Positions 20,988 through 31,979 of a stretch of DNA of 36,901 bases are shown piece after piece. Where the stretch lies: positions 1-36,901 of the forward strand of contig NIVC01000325.1 in the NCBI GenBank assembly GCA_002269645.1. Reading direction: 5' to 3'. Position 1 is the first letter of the stretch. Each line of letters opens with the position of its first letter. This DNA is from Macrostomum lignano. Its lineage: Eukaryota. Both the position numbers and the translations under genes were made by a program. The notes below the pieces were generated by a model. That model worked only from the letters and a program-made list of their open reading frames with translations. It ran no database searches and was not told the DNA's origin.

Positions 20988-23900
20988 CACCGTTAAAACA
21001 TTTCTTGTAAATAGATCCGAATTTTAAGTTGGTGTCGTTTCTATTTATGTTGCCGCAAATTTTCCAATTTTCTATTTTAAAGTCTTATAGTTTCCTTTAG
21101 AGTCATTGTCATAATGAAAGAGATTATTTTCCAATGAGTTGTTGATTGTACTGTGTAGGGTAGTGCATGTAAACAGGAAGTTGTGAGCTTGGCTTGTGTT
21201 GTTGCATTTGTGTCTAATCCTGATCCCTTATTGTTAAATTTCAGAAAAAATTATTCAACGTAGCAAAGTGATCCGTTAAATTTAGAGCAAGTATAAGTTT
21301 TTTGCAATGCAAAATAACTTTATTGCACTTTGTCGCAATGGCACTTCTTTCCAAAAATTTTATGATCAACTTCAAAAACGTGATCGACTGGAAAGACGAA
21401 GAATTGTTAATATGATTATTGAAGGAGCCACCTGTTTGATCAACTCATCTCGTTATGGTTTGTATAAATTTGTTTACAATATGCAATATATTTTATATTA
21501 ATTTATAATTATATGACTAGGGGCCTATGTTTACCACCAAATTCAAGACACTTATAGCCTATTTTTATTATGAAAAGGACATATTTAGGCCTACTTTGTC
21601 CTTTTATTTATTTATTTCCTTATATAACTTTTATTTTTAACTAGTTAATTTTTAATAACTTTTATAACCTGGACTAGGCCTTACCCCTAGGCCTAGGCTA
21701 TTATTATTAGTAGTATTGTGGTTAGGCCTATTCGTATTATATCATAACCTAGGTCAGTTTGAGTGCCTAGTCCCAAGTACAATATAGGTTAGATGTTAAT
21801 ATAACATGTGTAATGATGCTCTGTCTAGTACTTACATGGATATAAGCAAGCGTGATGATGCTCTGCAATAATAGGTTACTCTGTTTAGTATTGTGACATT
21901 CAGAGTTTGTGCTGCAGCTTGGGGTATGATGACAATCTTGAGTGTTTATATAGTGGGTATACAATATAAGTAGAGATATAGTTTGGTACAAGCTATATGC
22001 TCTCTCAGCATTATGACCCTTTGGCAAGAACTCCCTGTAGCCTAACAAGCTTCTACTGTAGTAGTGCTTCAATACTCTACGAATTTTGAGCAATAAAGGT
22101 ATGTTTTCTTAGAAACCAAACTCGTGCAAAATACTAGATAAATATTTTGTTTTAATGCATCAAATGTATTTGTTTTACCATACCAAATATTTTGTTTTAC
22201 TAGGCCTATGCAAAATAAATTGGAGAATTATTTTTTTGTTTTAATCATATGGAGGGGAAACCACTATATATAGGAGTGATTTTGTAGCAAATAAACCAAC
22301 TGTCTGATACTTGTAAGCAAATATTATGAGCAAAATAGCAGTTCAATCTATACATTTCAAAGTCTTTCAAGCTAAATAACAACTTATTCATTTGCAAAAC
22401 CTGAAAAACAATTCCAAGAAATTTGCTAAGAGAGGGAATTGGGACTAATTCTTGGAGATATACTAAGAGAGGCGCCGTGACCCTCTAGTCTCAGTGAACG
22501 CCCGATTAGGACTATCTACTAATTCATGTACCAGTACTAGACCACTTAGGCCATAAGCTACCAGAACATTACCAGAATGCTACTAGAAACACTACCAGAA
22601 ATGCTACTAAGAATGCTACCCAGAAATATTCAAATGAAATTCTAAGAAACAGTTAGAAACATTAAGGCAAGATTTAGTGTCAGCAATAGAAATTTAAGAG
22701 AGGAAATTAAAAACCTGTCACAGCTTGTGGCAATTAGTGGGATATTCAGAGGATAGAAGTAAGCCCTACGACACCCTTAGGAAAATATTTTAGAACATAT
22801 GAGTAGTTTTTTTTTAGATTTGCCAAGATTTAAAGTGCATTTAAGTTTTGTAACTTTTGCATAAAATAAAGAGGCCTAGTATGGCCTATTACATAATGTA
22901 AGTTACATTAAATGTAACAACAAAAAAAGGTTTTATTGTGTCCCAGGGCTCTTATTTATTCCTTTGCTTGCCTTACTAGCTGCCACCAAGCTGTTACAGG
23001 GGTTATTCCTTTTTGTTAATATTGCTGGTTATTATCTGCCTTTTACTAGTAGCATATGTACTTCTATTGGTAGCATATGTACTCTTATTGGTAGCGTCTG
23101 TACTTCTATTGGTAGTGTATGTACTTTTATTGTACTTTCTGGCCTGAGCGGTCTTTTTAGGCACTGTTTATCCTATTCCTATACTCCTCTAACGATATTA
23201 TTCTCAGTCCTGGGTGTTCCCGGGATCAGAGGGTCACAGCGCACTTCGCTGGGTATTCTGCCCTGAGGCGGGTTTCTCAGACTCTAAGCTTGGAGTTCTC
23301 TACCCTGTGGTAGGATCTCTGCCTCCTAAAGGCGGGTTACTAGACTCCTAAGTCTAGGATTTCTCGTTCTCTGAGAATGGACTGGACTCCCAATCTTGGG
23401 GCAACTCATAAACTACTATCCACTACTCGAAATAAGTAACACGAGCAAATACGAGCTCAAGGCTGATAGAATTTCTTCTCTACTGAGAATTGCTTATTGT
23501 TCAACGAGGAACAGACAAGAGCAAGTTGGTTTGCTAGGCTCTCAAATGGCAAAACAAAATAATAGCTTTTTTTGAATTTATACCTTTTCTAAGAAATGTA
23601 AACTACTAAAAGAAGAAGGCCTATTACAATTGTCATAATAGAAAAGTAAAGTTGCATAATTTTGAAATTCTATTATACATTATAGTCATTTCCAAATTTT
23701 TGGCATTTACCTAAAACTTTGCCTAAAAAATTCTAGCATACACTTAACACCTTCCTAACAAAGGTATGCATTGGCTTTGTATGCCAAAAGTTTGCCATGC
23801 ATATACCTGGCATAGTATATAGTTTATATAATCACATAGAAGAGTTTATTAAGTGGAAAAATATTAATAAGTTTATTTTTCTAGGTTGAATAATATTATG

Positions 23901-24560
23901 ATTAAACTTTTATCTAAGATCCTAGGATTGCAGGATTATAGAATTAGGATTAGGAATCAATTATTAAGTATATATCAAGGTCCATAGTCAGGAAGAAGGC
24001 ATGTATGCTAGAAATTTCTAGGGTAGAATCAATAAATTTGGCATATATGTTGGCATACAAAAAGTGATTCTGGTCTTTTGGTATACACACTTAATATTTT
24101 AATGTTTGATATGTATCTAAAGTTTAAAAAAATTACATTATCAATAGCACTTACAATAGTTGTCTATGAATTAAAATTTTAACAAAGATATACAAATTAT
24201 TTTTTGTTTGTTATATATATTCAAAATGGAAATACAAATATAATAGTTATTTTTAGTCTTTTATTTTATCTAATTGATATTAAATATCAAAATTGCTAGT
24301 CTAATAGTAACATTTCAAAATTGATAATTTGAAGCTTTGCATATTTGGTATACATTGGGATATATAAAGAATGTTCCAAACTATGGATCAAGGTTAGAAA
24401 AGGATAAGATTTTTGCAATTGGATAAAATTAAATTAACTGTTATCAACAACTATTATTCAGTAGTATTTATTGTATGAATTGCAAAACCAAATTTAGAAG
24501 TAGAATTGTAAGTTAAAAAATAATAAAGTGTCAAGAATAAACTTCCTATGTGCAAAAGCT
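20280..24560. other. CpG-depleted, TpA/CTAG-enriched domain spanning the 5' ends of fem-1 and the divergent candidate gene
   Basis: Manual count ~40 CpG in ~4.26 kb, and none in ~23505-24565, versus ~22 in 600 bp of AT-rich DNA at 9001-9600. Recurrent TAGGCC, GGCCTA and CCTAGG. Confidence 0.8.
21307..21457 (+). CDS. fem-1: FEM-1, coding exon 1 (AT-rich)
   Basis: MQNNFIALCRNG...RRIVNMIIEGATCLINSSRYG aligns with the FEM1 N-terminus (AVFNAARDG...TNGATPLLMAARYG) at the same length. In-frame upstream stop at 21283. Phase-1 donor TAT G|gtttgt joins exon 2 to give RYG-HLD. Confidence 0.82.
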
Positions 24561-24651
24561 TTTTATCGCTCCAAATATGGCTATGGGAAGTTATCGATCA
24601 GAGGTTTTTAAGCACAAATCAATGATTGTTACCTTTTTAGTAGTGACTTGA

Positions 24652-25071
<420 letters not shown>

Positions 25072-25118
25072 TGATTGAAGAGCAATTCTTGCTTGCCTGA
25101 TTGCTTGGCTTCGTCTGA

Positions 25119-26070
25119 CCTTAATTGACCCCTGCAGTTTTGTGGGCTCACCTCATTTGACCCCAGTTATTCCTATGCCTCTCACCTTAATTGACCCCTG
25201 TTATTCCTATGCCTCTCACCTTAATTGACCCCGGTTATTCCCATGCCTCTCACCTTAATTGACCCCTGTTATTCCCATGCCTCTCACCTTAATTGACCCC
25301 GATTATCCCCATGCCTCTCACCTTAATTGACCCCGATTATCCCCATGCCTCTCACCTTAATTGACCCCGGTTATCCCCATGCCTCTCACCTTAATTGACC
25401 CCGATTATCCCCATGCCTCTCACCTTAATTGACCCCGGTTATTCCCATGCCTCTCACCTTAATTGACCCCGGTTGTTTCCATGCCTCTCACCTTAATTGA
25501 CCCCGATTATCCCCATGCCTCTCACCTTAATTGACCCCAGTTATTCCCATGCCTCTCACCTTAATTGACCCCAGTTATTCCCATGCCTCTCACCTTAATT
25601 GACCCCAGTTATTCCCATGCCTCTCACCTTAATTGACCCCGATTATCCCCATGCCTCTCACCTTAATTGACCCCAGTTATTCCCATGCCTCTCACCTTAA
25701 TTGACCCCAGTTATTCCCATGCCTCTCACCTTAATTGACCCCAGTTATTCCCATGCCTCTCACCTTAATTGACCCCGATTATCCCCATGCCTCTCACCTT
25801 AATTGACCCCAGTTATTCCCATGCCTCTCACCTTAATTGACCCCAGTTATTCCCATGCCTCTCACCTTAATTGACCCCGATTATCCCCATGCCTCTCACC
25901 TTAATTGACCCCAGTTGTTCCCATGCCTCTCACCTTAATTGACCCCGATTATCCCCATGCCTCTCACCTTAATTGACCCCAGTTGTTCCCATGCCTCTCA
26001 CCTTAATTGACCCCGATTATCCCCATGCCTCTCACCTTAGTTGACCCCAGTTGTTCCCATGCCTCTCACC
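25119..26070 (+). repeat. 34-bp minisatellite, ~28 units, fem-1 intron 2
   Basis: Unit CCTTAATTGACCCCAGTTATTCCCATGCCTCTCA. Degenerate at the left edge; ends ~20 nt before the acceptor. Confidence 0.98.
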
Positions 26071-26092
26071 GAGCGCCAACCGCCCACGCCAG

Positions 26093-26387
26093 GTACCTGC
26101 TAGACGTCGGCGCCGACCACCAGCGCCAGAGCACGAAGGGCAACACGGCGCTGCACGACGCCGCCGAGAGCGGCAACCTGCGCATCCTCAAGCTGCTCCT
26201 TGACCGCGGCGCCCAGCTCCGGCCGGACATTCACGGCGTCTCCCCGCTGCTCGGCGCCGCCAATTCCGGCCACGCCAACATCGTGGACTACCTGGCCGGC
26301 CACCCGGAGCTCGTGCCCGACCCTGCGGAGCGAGTGCACGCTATGGAGCTGCTCGGCTGCACCCTGGTTGACAAGCGGCGCGACTGG
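26093..26387 (+). CDS. fem-1: FEM-1, exon 3
   Basis: gccag|G TAC ... TGG|gtgagt. KGNTALHDAAESG and AMELLGCTLVDKRRD correspond to FEM1C KGNTALHDCAESG and ALELLGATFVDKKRD. Confidence 0.96.
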
Positions 26388-26612
26388 GTGAGTCGGGGAA
26401 TTCCCGTTTTTGAGGAGCTTTGAGAAAGTTCAATTGGAATTTTTGCGCTTGAAAATATTTGGGAAATAATTGAGTTGATACCCTTTGTTCAAAAGGGAAT
26501 TCTCGGTGCCATGGTAGCTTTTATTCTATATGCGGAGATATAGGTTTCGAGACCTGGGGGAATTTGAGCTGGAATTCTCTTACTAAAATTCCCCTCCCCT
26601 CTCAAATTGAAG

Positions 26613-26870
26613 GTGAGCGGCCTCCGCCGCTGGCGCAAAGCGCTGCGCCTTCGCGAGGGCCTCCGGCTGCCAAAGGCGGCGGCGCCGCGGCACGAGGCGG
26701 CCTTCGCCGGCGCCAAGGAGTTTCAATCTGCAGCTGAGCTGGACGAGGTTGCCGCCGACCCGGAAGCTGTCCGATTGCAGGCCCTGATGGTGCGGGAGCG
26801 GATTCTGGGCTCCGAGCACCCCGACACAGCCTACTATATGCGCTACAGGGGCGCCGTGTACGCCGACCAG
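26613..26870 (+). CDS. fem-1: FEM-1, exon 4
   Basis: tgaag|GTG ... CAG|gtttgg. LQALMVRERILGSEHPDTAYYMRYRGAVYAD is a FEM1 hallmark. Confidence 0.96.
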
Positions 26871-26939
26871 GTTTGGCCACAGAAATTCTGCTTTGTTTTG
26901 CTGCCTCAATCTGATAACTGCTGCGATTGGGTCACTCTG

Positions 26940-27815
26940 GGTCAGTTTGGGTCATAAAGGTCAACTTTAAGTAATGCTAAACTCAAAAGGTCAGTTGGGG
27001 TCATGTTACGAGTTAAACTCAAATGAGTCATTGCTAAAGGTCAGTTAGGGTCATGCTAGACTCAGATGAGTCATTGTCAAAGGTCAGTTGGGGTCATACT
27101 AGACTCAGATGAGTCATTATTAAAGGTCAGTTGGGGTCATGCTAGACTCAGATGAGTCATTGTCAAAGGTCAGTTGGGGTCATGCTCGACTCAGATGAGT
27201 CATTGCTAAAGGTCAGTTGGTGTCATGCCGAGTCATGCTAGACTCAGATGAGTCATTGCTAAAGGTCAGCTTGGGTCATGCTAGACTCAGATGAGTCATT
27301 GCTAAAGGTCAGTTGGTGTCATGCTCGACTCAGATGAGTCATTGCTAAAGGTCAGTTGGGGTCATGCTCGACTCAGATGAATCATTGCTAAAGGTCAGTT
27401 GGTGTCATGCTCGACTCAGATGAGTCATTGCTAAAGGTCAGTTGGGGTCATGCTCGACTCAGATGAGTCATTGCTAAAGGTCAGTTGGTGTCATGCCGAG
27501 TCATGCTAGACTCAGATGAGTCATTGCTAAAGGTCAGCTTGGGTCATGCTAGACTCAGATGAGTCATTGTCAAAGGTCAGTTGGGGTCATGCTCGACTCA
27601 GATGAGTCATTGTCAAAGGTCAGTTGGGGTCAGGCTAGACTCAGATGAGTCATTGTCAAAGGTCAGTTGGGGTCAGGCTAGACTCAGATGAGTCATCGTG
27701 AAAGGTCAGTTGGGGTCATGTTATACTCAGATGAGTCATTGCTAAAGGTCAGTTGGGGTCATGTTATACTCAGATGAGTCATTGCTAAAGGTCAGTTGGG
27801 GTCAGGCTAGACTCA
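26940..27815 (+). repeat. 43-bp minisatellite, ~20 units, fem-1 intron 4
   Basis: Unit GACTCAGATGAGTCATTGCTAAAGGTCAGTTGGGGTCATGCTA. First ~2 units are degenerate. Confidence 0.97.
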
Positions 27816-27920
27816 CAAGTCAGTCATAAATTTACAATGTCGGCCTAAGTAAGCCCTGCAGGCTCTCAAGAACCGAACAAACCAGTGAATTGCAATCTCT
27901 GATTTTGCCACATCAACCAG

Positions 27921-28100
27921 GGCCAATTCGAGAGCTGCCTTCGCCTGTGGCTGTACGCCCTGGAGCTGCAGCTGCGGCACGCCAGCCCCTTCTTTCCCGC
28001 TAGCCTGGCCTCCTTCAACAACTTCATCGAACTGTTCGCCTTCATGCTGAGCTCCAATGCCAGGCCGCTGGCAGCTCAGTGGACCGAAGTGCTCGGGCAG
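27921..28100 (+). CDS. fem-1: FEM-1, exon 5; not in the ORF track
   Basis: accag|GGC ... CAG|gtgagc, 60 codons. GQFESCLRLWLYALELQ...SFNNFIELFAFML matches FEM1 GNFKRCINLWKYALDMQ...SFAELFSFML. Confidence 0.93.
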
Positions 28101-28222
28101 GTGAGCAGTTCAGTTAAAGTTATGCTAATTGCCAATATTTGAAGTAAAAAACGCTCTCTTGCTACTGCCGAGAGCCAGTAGTACAATAAGGAAACAAATC
28201 AAACTGTCTCCAATCCCCCAAG

Positions 28223-28663
28223 GTCCTCTGCCGTTGCGTGTTGGAACTCGCCAAGTCTTTCAAGGCTCTCGGCCTGCCGTTCCGGACCGCCGTCGCTGCA
28301 GACGGCACTGCCGCGGCCGCTTCTGCTGGAGACTCCGCTGCTGCTGCTGCAGTTGCCAGCGAAGCACCTTCGACTAATTCAGCAGCCACCGCCACGGCCG
28401 CAGCCGCCGCGGCCACCGTTGCGTCGCCGGAGGAGCGGCCGCTGCAGTACGCCGACCGCCTGCTTGAGTGCCTGGCCACCCTCACCGCCCTGCTCGTGCG
28501 GGCCGCCGCTGCCGCCTCTTCCGCCTCCTCGGCTGCCTCTGCTGACGTCGCTGATGATCCACCGGACTTCGCCCTGCCACTCGCAGTCAGGCAGGCCCTG
28601 TTCGACGTGCGCTGCGTTGCCAGCCCGTTGTCTGGCAATCGCCTCATTCACTTCGCTTGTCAG
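28223..28663 (+). CDS. fem-1: FEM-1, exon 6 (with Ala-rich insertion)
   Basis: cccaag|GTC ... CAG|gtaatt, 147 codons. VLCRCVLEL, LECLATLTALL and GNRLIHFAC lie at FEM1-equivalent positions. Confidence 0.88.
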
Positions 28664-28676
28664 GTAATTCTGCAGT

Positions 28677-28843
28677 TTTTGTATGACCGCGTGGAACTGG
28701 ATGGTGCTTTTGTATGACCATGTGGAACTGGATGGTGCTTTTGTATGACCATGTGGAACTGGATGGTGCTTTTGTATGACCATTTGGAACTGGATGGTGC
28801 TTTTGTATTGTATGACCGTGTGGAACTGGATGGTGCTTTTGTA
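28677..28843 (+). repeat. 31-bp minisatellite, ~5 units, fem-1 intron 6
   Basis: Unit TTTTGTATGACCATGTGGAACTGGATGGTGC. Confidence 0.95.
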
Positions 28844-28846
28844 AAA

Positions 28847-29938
28847 CCCGGAACTATATGAGTACACCCGGAACTGTATGAGCACACCCGGAACTGTATG
28901 AGCACACCCGGAACTGTATGAGTACACCCGGAACTGTATGAGCACACCCGGAACTGAATGAGCACACCCGGAACTGAATGAGCACACCCGGAACTGAATG
29001 AGCACACCCGGAACTGTATGAGCACACCCGGAACTGTATGAGCACACCCGGAACTGAATGAGCACACCCGGAACTGAATGAGCACACCCGGAACTGTATG
29101 AGCACACCTGGAACTGTATGAGTACACCCGGAACTGAATGAGCACACCCGGAACTGAATGAGCACACCCGGAACTGAATGAGCACACCCGGAACTGAATG
29201 AGCACACCCGGAACTGTATGAGCACACCTGGAACTGTTTGAGCACACCCGGAACTGTTTGAGCAGATCCCGAACTGTATGAGCACACTCGGAACTGTATG
29301 AGCACACTCGGAACTGTATGAGCACACTCGGAACTGTATGAGCACACCCGGAACTGAATGAGCACACCCGGAACTGTATGAGCACACCCGGAACTGTATG
29401 AGCACACCCGGAACTGAATGAGCACACCCGGAACTGAATGAGCACACCCGGAACTGTATGAGCACACCTGGAACTGTATGAGTACACCCGGAACTGAATG
29501 AGCACACCCGGAACTGAATGAGCACACCCGGAACTGAATGAGCACACCCGGAACTGAATGAGCACACCCGGAACTGTATGAGCACACCTGGAACTGTTTG
29601 AGCACACCCGGAACTGTTTGAGCAGATCCCGAACTGTATGAGCACACTCGGAACTGTATGAGCACACTCGGAACTGTATGAGCACACTCGGAACTGTATG
29701 AGCACACTCGGAACTGTATGAGCACACGCGGAACTGAATGAGCACACCTTGGAACTGTATGAGCACACTCGGAACTGTATGAGCACTCGCGGAACTGAAT
29801 GAGCACACGCGGAACTGTATGAGCACACCCGGAACTGTATGAGCACACTCGGAACTGTATGAGCACACCCGGAAGTGTATGAGCACACCCGGAACTGTAT
29901 GAGCACACCCGGAACTGTATGAGCACACCCGGAACTGC
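28847..29938 (+). repeat. 20-bp minisatellite, ~54 units, fem-1 intron 6
   Basis: Unit CCCGGAACTGTATGAGCACA. Ends ~15 nt before the exon 7 acceptor. Confidence 0.98.
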
Positions 29939-29953
29939 ATGCCCTCCCCGCAG

Positions 29954-30613
29954 TCGAGCCGCCGGTCGCGCATCACGGAGCGCTACCCGGCCACCCAGCT
30001 GCCGTGTCCGGCCACTGTCCGACTGTTGCTCCGGCTTGGTGCCGGCGCCGACTCCGTCAATCGCGACGGCGACACGCCGCTTCACTTGGCGACCCGCGCC
30101 CGCAGCGTGGATTCGGTTGGCGCCCTCCTGAGCGCCGGCGCGCACTCTGACTTGCCCAACTCTGCCGGCAAGTCGCCGCTGGGCGAGCTGCTCCTGGTGT
30201 CGGCCGCCGCCGGCAGCAACGAGGTCGCTTTGGACACCGGCGGCGCCGACGACTCGGCGGCCACCAGCTCGATCGTCTGCCTGCTGCGCTCGGCCCGGTT
30301 CACCCGCCTGTCCTGCCTGTGCGCCACCGCATTCGCCAAGTCCGGCCAGCCGCTGCCGCCCGGCTGCTCCGGCTGGGTGCGCGACACCCTGCTGGCCCAC
30401 TGCCCGCCTCAGCGGCAGGCCGGCGCCGCTTCCACTCTAACGGCGACTTCGTCTCTATCGAACTCGAGCTTATCGAGCGGAGCGTCGCCGCCTTCGCCGC
30501 CGAGCGCCGGCGCGGGTCCATCGATGTCCTACCAGCAGCAGCAGCAGCAGCACCAGCAGTCGACGGCCTCTTCCCCTGATCAGCGCGACCGCCAGCAGCA
30601 GCAGTCTGTCTAA
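29954..30613 (+). CDS. fem-1: FEM-1, terminal exon 7 (C-terminal ankyrin repeats, BC/VHL-box-like motif, Ser/Pro/Gln tail)
   Basis: ccgcag|TCG. RYPATQLPCPATVRLLLRLGA...NRDGDTPLHLA and TRLSCLCATAF (cf. TLQCLAARVI). Stop TAA at 30611-30613; AATAAA at 30661. Confidence 0.93.
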   Translation, partial: SSRRSRITERYPATQLPCPATVRLLLRLGAGADSVNRDGDTPLHLATRARSVDSVGALLSAGAHSDLPNSAGKSPLGELLLVSAAAGSNEVALDTGGADDSAATSSIVCLLRSARFTRLSCLCATAFAKSGQPLPPGCSGWVRDTLLAHCPPQRQAGAASTLTATSSLSNSSLSSGASPPSPPSAGAGPSMSYQQQQQQHQQSTASSPDQRDRQQQQSV

Positions 30614-30739
30614 AAGCGATTTTTTTAGAGATTTTGCTCCATATTTCTCTTCCCTCTTTTAATAAATTGACTGCCACGTGATTTGGTTGCGTCATAAACA
30701 GTCATCATCAGTTTAGAGCATGTTCATATGTCATACACT

Positions 30740-30935
30740 CGGTCAATTGGGGTCATGCTAAATTAAATGAGTCATGGCGTGTTATTTAGGGTCATGAAAA
30801 TTCATAAATCTTAGGGTCGAACTAACTGACTGCTAGATTCGAATAGGTCATTTAAGGTCGTGCTAGACTCCTCAGTCGTTCCTCAGTCAAGGTCACACTG
30901 GACTGAAACGAGGCATACAATGTCATTTAAGGTCA
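30740..30935 (+). repeat. Degenerate copies of the 43-bp intron-4 repeat, downstream of fem-1
   Basis: GGTCAATTGGGGTCATGCTAAATTAAATGAGTCAT and AAGGTCGTGCTAGACTC align with the 43-bp unit. Confidence 0.7.
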
Positions 30936-31406
30936 CGCTGCAGTTACCAGTCTGTGTTTGCAGACAAAATGGGTGATTTTATATGAGAATATTACAATAA
31001 GATTCCAAGACTAATTTGCTTGGTTTGCCTTTCCAATCCATAATTGATAACTTTGCTAATACAAACCATATTTTCCTTGCTTAATTTATGCCTGAAGACC
31101 CAATATTTCTAGGTTCAGGTAGATTCACTGGATTTGTTTAACTTTTTAATAAGATTTGTAATTTTGTGTCTACTTTTTTGTCTTGTCAATGCTTCGTGTG
31201 AATATCAGTTCGGCTTGCTCAGTGCTATCTCTGTGTTTCAATCACTTCGAGTTTTAATTAAATTGCTCCAAATTTGAAGGATTTTTTAGTTCTCTTAAAT
31301 ATGCCAGTTCTTTATATGGATATCATCACTAACTGCTTTAATTGTATTTTAGTTCGAGCTTTAGGAGGTTGAACCCTGTTCATGCCCTCCCTGTAGTGAA
31401 CTGTTT

Positions 31407-31979
31407 ACCCTCCTCAGAAAGCTGCTACCCTCCTCAGAGAGCTGCTACCCTCCTCAGAAAGCTGCTACTCTTCTCAGAAAGCTGCTACCCTCCTCAGAAA
31501 GCTGCTACCCTCCTCAGAGAGCTGCTACCCTCCTCAGAAAGCTGCTACCATCCTCAGAGAGCTGCTACCCTCCTCAGAAAGCTGCTACCCTCCTCAGAGA
31601 GCTGCTACCCTCCTCAGAAAGCTGCTACCCTCCTCAGAGAGCTGCTACCCTTCTCAGAAAGCTGCTACTCTTCTCAGAAAGCTGCTACCCTCCTCAGAGA
31701 GCTGCTACCCTCCTCAGAAAGCTGCTACCCTCCTCAGAGAGCTGCTACCCTCCTCAGAAAGCTGCTACCCTCCTCAGAGAGCTGCTACCCTTCTCAGAAA
31801 GCTGCTACTCTTCTCAGAAAGCTGCTACCCTCCTCAGAAAGCTGCTACCCTCCTCAGAGAGCTGCTACCCTCCTCAGAAAGCTGCTACTCTTCTCAGAAA
31901 GCTGTTTGCCCTCCTCAGAAAGCTGTTTGCCCTCCTCAGAAAGCTGTTTGCCCTCCTCAGAGAGCTGCTACCCTCAGAG
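31407..31979 (+). repeat. 20-bp minisatellite, ~28 units
   Basis: Unit CCCTCCTCAGA(A/G)AGCTGCTA. Confidence 0.98.

Noticed and set aside
28379-30400. 673-aa, 438-aa and 350-aa minus-strand ORFs
   Set aside because: They arise because the 20-bp unit has no stop codon on the minus strand, and the flanks are the GC-rich antisense of fem-1 exons. The protein is a rotating-frame repeat with no domain.
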